Source: the human T2T-CHM13v2.0 reference genome, Homo sapiens. From it: 64,000 nt of DNA. The translations under genes and the position numbers were made by a program. The notes beneath the pieces are model-generated. The model ran no database searches. It saw only the letters and a program-made list of their open reading frames with translations, and had not been told where the DNA came from. This document shows positions 56,196 through 64,000 of the stretch, in pieces (the stretch's first letter is position 1; each line of letters opens with the position of its first letter). The DNA is taken from assembly GCF_009914755.1 (NCBI RefSeq), contig NC_060938.1; one strand, given 5' to 3'.

Positions 56196-56749
56196 ATATG
56201 AGGTCAATGAATCACTCATGGAAGTATCATTAGTTCTAGGAAGTGATGCAGAGCTGCAGGTAAAATACGTGGTGGTAAATATATAACTGTATACAGATGT
56301 GAATATATGTGTCTCTCTCTATATATATAAAATATTACAATCAAGCCTTTCTTAACCTGTGCCCCATGGGACACAAGTTCTGGGTGTATTTAATGTGTAG
56401 GCTGTAAATAAAATGTGTGGCAGATTGATTTGAGAAATACTACAGGCTGGGCCTCCTTCATGAATATTTATAATTATCAATAGAGTAAAAAAGGGTTTGA
56501 GAATTCCTAAGCTAAGAATGCAAGTTTTTTATTTGATTAATTTTTAGTAACCATGTAAACTTACAAAATTTTTTACTAACCCAGACTTATTTGAACTTGT
56601 TTTTTTACTTCATATCTAATAACATCCCAGGGCACCAGTTTGAGAAGCATCAGTATAATAACAAAACAATTTAAAGATGTATGAAACACAATTTAAGAAA
56701 ACTCCCTTTTAAAATATATAGTCATTCTTTTTAAACACAGAAATGTGAA

Positions 56750-57515
56750 AATGTAATGAAATACTGAAATATTAGTGAAAAGAAACTGTGAGGAACATAT
56801 AATAAAGGGATATGTTAAAATAATAAATATTTTAATGAGATGTGTAGTTGTGATGCTGTGACAAGATGCATAAGATAGAACAGGATAGTAATATGTGTAT
56901 GTTCCAGGATTGTAATGAGATTCATGAAGAGTTCTATGTAATAAGATGTATGTGTTAAAACGCTGTAATGAGGTGACTTCGTGAGCTGGTTTAATGAGCC
57001 ATGACTCAGGAAGTGTCCTGTAAGATGGGCATCCTTCAGGGCTGAAATGAGATGGGTGAAAGAAAAAGTGTAATGAGCTGGTCACATAAAGGAGAAGCAG
57101 GATAATTAGATGCATAAAGGAAGGACGGGAGAGTATATAAATTTTCAAAATATGTAAGATATAATGGGAACTAGGTTTTAATGTAATAAGATACAGAAAT
57201 GAAATGACAATGAGATACAAAAACGGAATTGTGTAATGAGATATGTAAGGACTATGTAATGAGATGTGCATGTTTAAGGGTTTTGTAATGAGATGCAAGA
57301 TGGGAAGGTGTAATGAGATGAGCACGTTAAATAATCTAATGAGGGGCATGAAGGAAATGATGTCATGTCACATGAAAATTGAAGAAAGTAATGAGATGTG
57401 CATTTTTAAGTACTGTAATAAAATGCATAAAAGAAACTAAGGAGAATGAAGAGATACAGAGATCAAATCTTGTTATTATAATGTGAAAGAAGAACAAAAA
57501 GTAATGAGAGAAGAT
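56750..57515 (+). repeat. Degenerate ~26-bp-period array with conserved core TGTAATGAGATG (TAATGARAT)
   Basis: Exact TAATGARAT at 56754, 56833, 56913, 57234, 57257, 57286, 57311, 57389; near matches at 56939, 56966, 56992, 57045, 57071, 57103, 57184, 57208, 57337, 57416, 57502; all on the + strand. Confidence 0.88.
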
Positions 57516-58770
57516 GTCTCATACCCATCATTTCTAGGACCATTCTCTTCCACAAACTTATTCTGACCTGGACAAACATTTTTTTCTGTCCAACTACATA
57601 CTAAGCACTTTCTGTGGGAATATAAAAACTCACATGATTCCCATCAAGGGCTCACGGATACATGCAAGTATATACAAAATAAGGCAATGTATTATAAATG
57701 TTAATAAAATAGTACAAAATTTCAGAGAAGAGAGATTATTTTGGGTCAACATATTTTACACATCACTAGAAACAGATGTTCCCTTGTGTTCTTTTCAAGT
57801 TTTATAATTCCACTATTATTCATTTCTTTATTCCTCTGATCCCTGGATTTTTTCCCTGTACTATCTATTCTTGCATAAGTAGATCTTACTTAAAAAAAAA
57901 TCTGGTTAAATATCCCATTCTCAAATACTGTATTTTAATCTGACTCCAACTTAAAAAGCAAAAGACAACAAAAATAAACTTTTACAATATTTTACACATT
58001 TCTTACACATTACATACATATTACATAGGTACAATGAAATACATCACAATATAACATGTTTTTCTGGGTAATGAATATTAAGTATCATCTAACTGGGTGC
58101 TCTTTCTAGTGAGAGTTAGATCTGATTCAGTTTTATTCACCAACCAGGTCTAAAACTTTCACACAGTAGGTTCTTAGTAAGTAATTCTTGAGTAATTGGT
58201 AGGACATAGACCCTAGCAGACCTTATTCATGAGAATGCAAATAAAATTAGTAAATGGATTCCTAAGATTGATCCAGTTTGAATAAAGTTGCAACGGTCCC
58301 CCTACTTCAAGAGAAGCCTTCCTTCCAAAATCAGAATTCTTCCATATGAAAGAAATACCTTCATTCATGAGTTTGTTGAGGGGATTTGGTTTCACCGTAA
58401 AGACATTAACCCCTGTATATGCGTGCCCTGCCTTGTTTTTCACCAGACAGCTGTTTGCTTCATTTAAAAGCACTTCAGTATATTCAGGAACTCAAGTGCT
58501 ATTTTAATCAGTCTTGGAAGGAAATAACAGAGCGATTCATTACTGAGCTCATCAACCTGAGAAACTATTGTTTCAGATGTCATTCTTGAGTATTCTTCAT
58601 TATGAAATGGCCTTCACATTATAACAAGCCTAGATGGAACTGCATTGATCTAACTTTTAATTTTATTTTATGTGTCCTATATTGAGTCCCCCTGGGAGGT
58701 GAATCTTTCTCAATTATTTATAAACTGGATACAGCTGTGAAGTGCACAGTGCAGTAATCCCAATCATTTA

Positions 58771-59300
58771 TATGGGATTTTTTTTCCCACAGGTTATGCA
58801 TATGATGAAATAATATTCATAACTGATCAAAGCTCCAGAGACAGCCACATATCACAATACATGAAACATATTTACTTGTCAGATGGAAGAGAAAATCCAC
58901 CCTTACTCCATCAGGGTATTGGCCTTCTGTTTTCTCTCCAGGATTCTCTCAGCAAAAACCTGCTTGCCAGCTTGGTATTCATGAGTTCAAAATTCCTCTG
59001 TGTGTCTGAGGTATTGATTGTTTTTCAAATTGTTTCTCAGGTTTTTCTCTCTATCCTCATTCTCCTTGACCTTTATGTTAATTCTGAGGACACTTATCAA
59101 ATGCTTCTACCAACTCTTCCAAACAGGCCTTTGCTCTCTTGCTCTGGTCATGTTTCTCTTTGTTTCTGCTATAGAGTGGGATATTTCCTTTCATTACATC
59201 GAATAGCAGGAATAGCAGCTGCAGAATTTAAAGTTTTGTGAACTGTATTTTTCCCATGGTCTTTTTGCTTTTTTTGTCCAATCTTGACCCCTTAACTTAT
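58771..59300 (+). pseudogene. Highly decayed class A GPCR (chemokine/P2Y-receptor-like) pseudogene, TM3-TM7
   Basis: Across frameshifts: GIFF.TGY.Y..IIFIT..S..DSH (DRY-like, 58840-58848); CFLS[W>R]ILSAKTCLPAW...SVC (TM4/ECL2); FLSILILLDLYV-ILRTLIK (TM5); KQAFALL-LVMFLFV-CYRVGYFLSLH (TM6); SSC...SNLDPLTY (TM7 D/NPxxY, 59283-59300). Confidence 0.45.
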
Positions 59301-59699
59301 TCCAGACATCCATAGATATGGGACAGTTTGACTATTTCAGTCTCTGTACTTCCTGCTACTAGAATGTTCAGAGAAAACTGCAAAATTGTTGGACAAGGGC
59401 TATTCCTCCTATTATCATGGATGACATCCTATCTTCTCACTTGCCAACAACCAACATGCCTGGTCTATTTAAATAAGAAGCTACACTTGCTCATCTGCCC
59501 TCCAAACCCCAAATACATTAGTTTGTAGTTTTTAGAGAACAATTTTATTCTAGAAGAAGACAGAACACATGAGTTAATTTAAGAGAAATTAAGCATGGGT
59601 TAATTTAAGAGAAAAAAAACCATTCAACTGGCTTGGACTCTTATATTCTACACTGAATGTTAGAAAAAAGGTAAAATTATACTAAGAAGAGGGATCAAT

Positions 59700-62140
59700 A
59701 GATTATAAGTTAAGAGTCATAGACCCAGCCAAGATATTCACATGTTAGAGTGAAAGAAAAGTATTTGTGAATAGAGAATATATCACTTACACACACATAC
59801 AATATGATGAACATACTTAAAAAAAATTCTAAATAAGTAACACATGACTCAAATCTGACTCCTCAAAATTGGAAAAGATGAAATACAAAAAACAAAGACA
59901 TATAGAATCAGTCTCTCCCTTTCTTTCCCTCTCTCTCACTCTTTAGCCCTCTCTGTAAATGGATAACAATAAGTAATGGGATATAGTTAAGTCAAAAAAT
60001 GATTCTTAAAATATAAAGACATAGTACAGGGGAATAAAGTTGAACTAAAAGTACAAAACTATCTTAGCATAACCTAGGATATGAGATAAAGTGGGTTTAA
60101 AAAAATGCTTTAAAGTTCTCATCCTTTTGGCATGAGAGAGGAAAATGGGAGAAAATTTAGCAACTTTGTGAGAAGAAATAGTTAATAGTATATTATTATT
60201 AATAGAAAATCATGTATTTGAATGTGAGAATTTGAAAATAAGTTAAATGCTAGAGAAAAGAAAATGTATAGCACTTACATATTGTAAAGGTGAGAGAGGA
60301 ATAGTTATAATTTTAAAAACCTAGACAAAAAAGAAAGAAAAACAAAATGTTAAACAGTAAGTATCAAGGTAGAAGGAATAAAATAAAGCACATCACTGGG
60401 TGTACTAAATGTGAGGCTGCTAATTTCAACTAATATAAGATGGATACCATAATATTGTGTTGCTCGTCAAAATACAGTTATGTATGGTTTATAAGAACTA
60501 CACAGACGGTTGAAAAATAATGGAATGGCCTAAGAGATACTAAGAAATGCAAAACAAAAACAAACAAACAAAACAACAACAAAAAAACCTAAGGATTTAC
60601 TATGAATATTACACAGGGTGAAATCTAAGAATAAAAAAGACTAAACTGAATAAAGAGAGATTATGTGATCCCAAGAGCTGTAATTTATAAGAAAGGTATG
60701 TCAGTCGTAAATCTTTTAGGACCAAAAACAGTACATCTAAACTTATAAAGTGAAAATCATCAGCAACACAAAAATTTGATTAATACACTTTTTTAGTAGG
60801 ACACTTTAATTGAAGTCTTTTATACTAAATAGGAGAAATTTATTAACAAAAAGTAAAAACAGAATTAAATAATACAGTCACTAAGGCTATTTTATATTTA
60901 TCTTGAAATCCTTTAAAATGGAAAATATAATTGTGTTATGTGTCCTTAGACATTATACAAAAATCTACAATGTATTTGGCACAAAGAAAGCCTTAACACA
61001 TTATAAAAGAGAAGAGACATGGCAGGGGATTTTTTTGATAATAGTCTAGTAAAATTTCACAAAGTAAAAATATGACTAAAGAATTTACTCGTTGAAAAAT
61101 TAAGCCTTTTATATAGCCTTTTATCCAAGAGGGTACCAAAACTAAAATTCTAAATCATTTACACAGCAATGAAATGAAAACATGCCATGAGAAAACTTAC
61201 AAGACACAGAAAAGCTCAATCAGAGGAAAACGTATAGTATTAAATGCCTTCATAACTTAAGAACAATGGCTGAAAATAAAAACATTGAGAAAAAAATGCT
61301 TGTGATTTTAATTAGCAAAAACTATGAAGCATGTATATAAAAATGTCTAAAAACTGAAAAGGAAAGGATATAATTATAGCTGTGAAAGAAATGATATGAA
61401 TTATGTGAATCCTTAATAGCATGGAATTTGAAAACCTACAAGAAATATACTTTCAATTGTTCCAAGAAGTAGAAAATGTGAAAGAGCAATTATCATAGAA
61501 GAAATTGGAAAGGTAATTATCTAAAATTTAAAAATAAAATAAACACAAGACAGACACCAAGATTGTTTCACAGCTAAGGTCTACCAGCCCTTTAAAAATT
61601 AAATACTTCTGATGTTAACTAAATCAGAAACTTCCCCAAATTGATTTTATGAAAGGAGAAGAATCTTAATTCAAAATATTGTAATGATAGCACAGAAACT
61701 CTGTATTCAGACTGAACCTATTAATACAGAGGAAAATTTCTCTATGTAATACAGTATGATCAAGAAAAATTCATCAGAATATCAATACAAAAACACAATA
61801 TAAAAAAGTGTGGTAATTTGAGTAATGCAAAGATAGTTCAATATCAGAAAATCTTCCAAGGAAATTCACCTTTTCCACACATTAAAGGAGAAAAAATCAT
61901 GTAAATAGGTAAAAGAGCATTGTTAAGATTCTGCAGAAAGATCTAAAATAAATTCTAAGTAAAATTACCTTGAAAGGAAGCTTATTTTACATTATCTTAA
62001 ACATAATAATTTATGAAACAAATTAACAAACAGCAAAATCCTAAAGTGAAACTCTAATGCCATCCTATTAAAAACATGCAGAATACACAATGCTCATTCT
62101 TGTAAATGTTGCTCAATACCGTTTGGCATGTTTGACAAAT
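59700..62140 (+). mobile_element. Old L1ME-like fragment (ORF2 region)
   Basis: A-rich; aagctcaatcagaggaaaacgtatagtattaaatgc, cagacaccaagattgtttcacagctaaggtctacca, atagttcaatatcagaaaatc. Confidence 0.75.
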
Positions 62141-62499
62141 ACAATTGCTGCCAGCATCTTCAAATGTTCTAAGGGCTTCTGTATGTGAAAATAATTTACT
62201 ACTATTATCATTTAATTTAATGCTAAATGTATTATACTTATGAATTTAGGTAATAAAATCCATCTAAAACTTTAAACAATACTTTTATAATATAATGTAG
62301 TAATTAAAAATTATATAAGCTTGTCCACCAACTTTTCCTAAATATTTTTAAGTTAGAAGACAGAGTTAAATTTCCAACTCTATTTAAATGCTTCAATTCT
62401 TAAGTACAGACAGAACAGAGTATTTCGATATCAATTATAAAACTTACTATTATAAGGTACTTAACATACAACCAAAGTATTGATGCTATTTACTGACTG

Positions 62500-62760
62500 T
62501 CTTCTTTATTAGTTTTATAGTGTTTGTGATCAGATGCCTAATTACTTGCAGGAAGCACACGTTCCACTCTGCTGCTTCATCCATGTTTTACAGGGGGCTA
62601 CTCCCACATAGAGATGTTCACATTATTTATGGCTGCCTGTGGGTGAATTTGTCTCATTCTGTGGCTCAGTATCATGAAGCCCACTTGCCAATAGATTTAA
62701 GCCATATTTTCAAATATTAGTCATATTTTGTTTTCCATGTGCTTGAACCTTTCTTGACCA
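62500..62760 (-). mobile_element. Possible Tigger/pogo transposase fragment
   Basis: Minus strand gtaaacatggatgaagcagcagagtgg...gtaattaggcatctgatc resembles the pogo 'AD.EAA' region. Confidence 0.35.
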
Positions 62761-64000
62761 TTTTTTTTTTAATTTTTTTATTATTATACTTTAAGTTCTG
62801 GGGTACATGTGCACAACTTGCAGGTTTGTTACATAGGTATACATGTGCCATGTTGGTTTGCTGCACCCTTCAACTCGTTATTTACATTAGGTATTTCTCC
62901 TAATGCTATCACTCCCCCAACCCCCGACTTTTCAATGGTCGCCATTCTAACTGGAGTGAGATGGTATCTCACTGTGGTTTTGATTTTCATTTCTCTAATG
63001 ACCGGTGATGATGAGCATTTTTTCATATGTCTGTTGGCTGCATAAATGTCTTTTTTGAGAAGTGTCTGTTCATATCCTTATCCCACTTATTGTTGGGGTT
63101 GTTTGTTCGTTTCTTGGAAATTTGTTTCTTTGTAGATTCTGGAGATGAGCCCTTTGTCAGATGGATAGATGGCAACAATTTTCTCCCATTCTGTAGGTTG
63201 CCTGCTCACTCTGATGATAGTTTGTTTTCCTGGGCAGAAGCTCTTTAGTTTAATTAGATCCCATTTGTCTATTTTGGCTTTTGTTGCCATTGCTTCGGTG
63301 TTTTAGTCATGAAGTCTTTGCCCATGCCTATGTCCTGAATGGTATTGCCTAGGTTTTCGTCTAGGGTTTTTATGATTTTAGGTCTTACATTTCAGTCTTT
63401 AATCCATCTCGAGTTAACTTTTGTATAAGGTCTAAGGAAGGAGTCCAGTTTCAGCTTTCTAGATATGACTAGCCAGTTTTCCCAGCACCATTTATTAAAT
63501 AGGGAATCCTTTCCCCATTGTTTGTTTTTGTCAGATTCGTCAAAGATCAGATGGTTTCAGATGTTTGGTGTTATTTCTGAGGCCTCTATTCTGTTCCATT
63601 GGTCTATATATCTATTTTAGTACCAGTACCAGGCTGTTTTGGTTACTGTAGCCTTGTAGTATAGTTTGAAGTCAGGTAGCGAGATGTCTCCAGCTTTGTT
63701 CTTTTTCTTAGGATTGTCTTGGCTATACGGGCTCTTTTTTGGTTCCATATGAAATATAAGGTAGTTTTTACCAGTTCTGTGAAGAAAGTCAGTGGTAGCT
63801 TGATGAGAATAGCATTGAATCTATAAATTACTTTGGGCAGCATGGCCATTTTCATGATATTGATTCTTCCTACCCATAAGCATGGAATGTTTTTCCATTT
63901 GTTTGTGCCCTCTCTTATGTCCTTCAGCAGTGGTTTGTAGTTCTCCTTGAAGAGGTCCTTCACATCCCTTGTAAGTTGTATTCTTAGGTATTTTATTCTC
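62761..64000 (-). mobile_element. L1PA (L1PA7-like) 3' portion, continuing beyond the window
   Basis: ttattatactttaagttctggggtacatgtgc 3' end; ORF2 peptides [18 protein letters not shown] and [12 protein letters not shown]...KWKNIPC in minus ORFs. Confidence 0.95.

Noticed and set aside
56693-57349. 218-aa minus-strand ORF, the longest outside the THE1D
   Set aside because: It coincides with the TAATGAGAT array; the low-complexity H/I/L/S peptide and the scarcity of stops follow from strand-biased composition, and it has no recognisable domain
56750-57515. CRISPR-like repeat/spacer appearance
   Set aside because: Human DNA with ~12-bp degenerate cores, ~14-bp spacers and no cas genes or leader
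58500-58770. Possible TM1/TM2 of the GPCR fossil
   Set aside because: Motifs are weak and spacing is inconsistent with class A receptors, so it was left out of the call
58850-59100. Minus-strand resemblance to a gypsy integrase C-terminus or chromodomain (HEYQAGKQVFAERILERK)
   Set aside because: No supporting upstream core motifs; the plus-strand GPCR reading explains more ordered motifs

Overview
Human (primate) non-coding, AT-rich genomic DNA. I can support no intact protein-coding gene or RNA gene, and the ORF-track entries are repeat-derived or chance ORFs. Much of the window is transposable elements: 8 Alus plus a FLAM (one is a young 5'-truncated AluYa5, which points to human), a near full-length ~7.1 kb L1MA, L1PA/L1M fragments, a complete THE1D MaLR provirus, THE1 and MLT1 LTRs, L2, MIR, hAT/Tigger fossils and an unusually long L3/CR1 remnant. 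The unique DNA between them has several homeodomain/POU/SOX motif-dense islands that look like developmental enhancers. The most unusual features are: (1) a ~770 bp degenerate array at 56750-57515 with ~26-bp period, in which the core TGTAATGAGATG (the Oct-1/VP16 TAATGARAT element) is retained while the spacers have diverged; (2) ~1.3 kb downstream, a heavily decayed class A (chemokine/P2Y-like) GPCR fossil, preceded by an Ig-promoter-like heptamer-octamer; (3) a 165-bp templated insertion copied from the neighbouring THE1D into an (AT)n tract; (4) an unclassified ~680 bp inverted-repeat (MITE-like) element. Repeat subfamily names come from recalled consensus sequences, not a database search, and most boundaries without TSDs are approximate.
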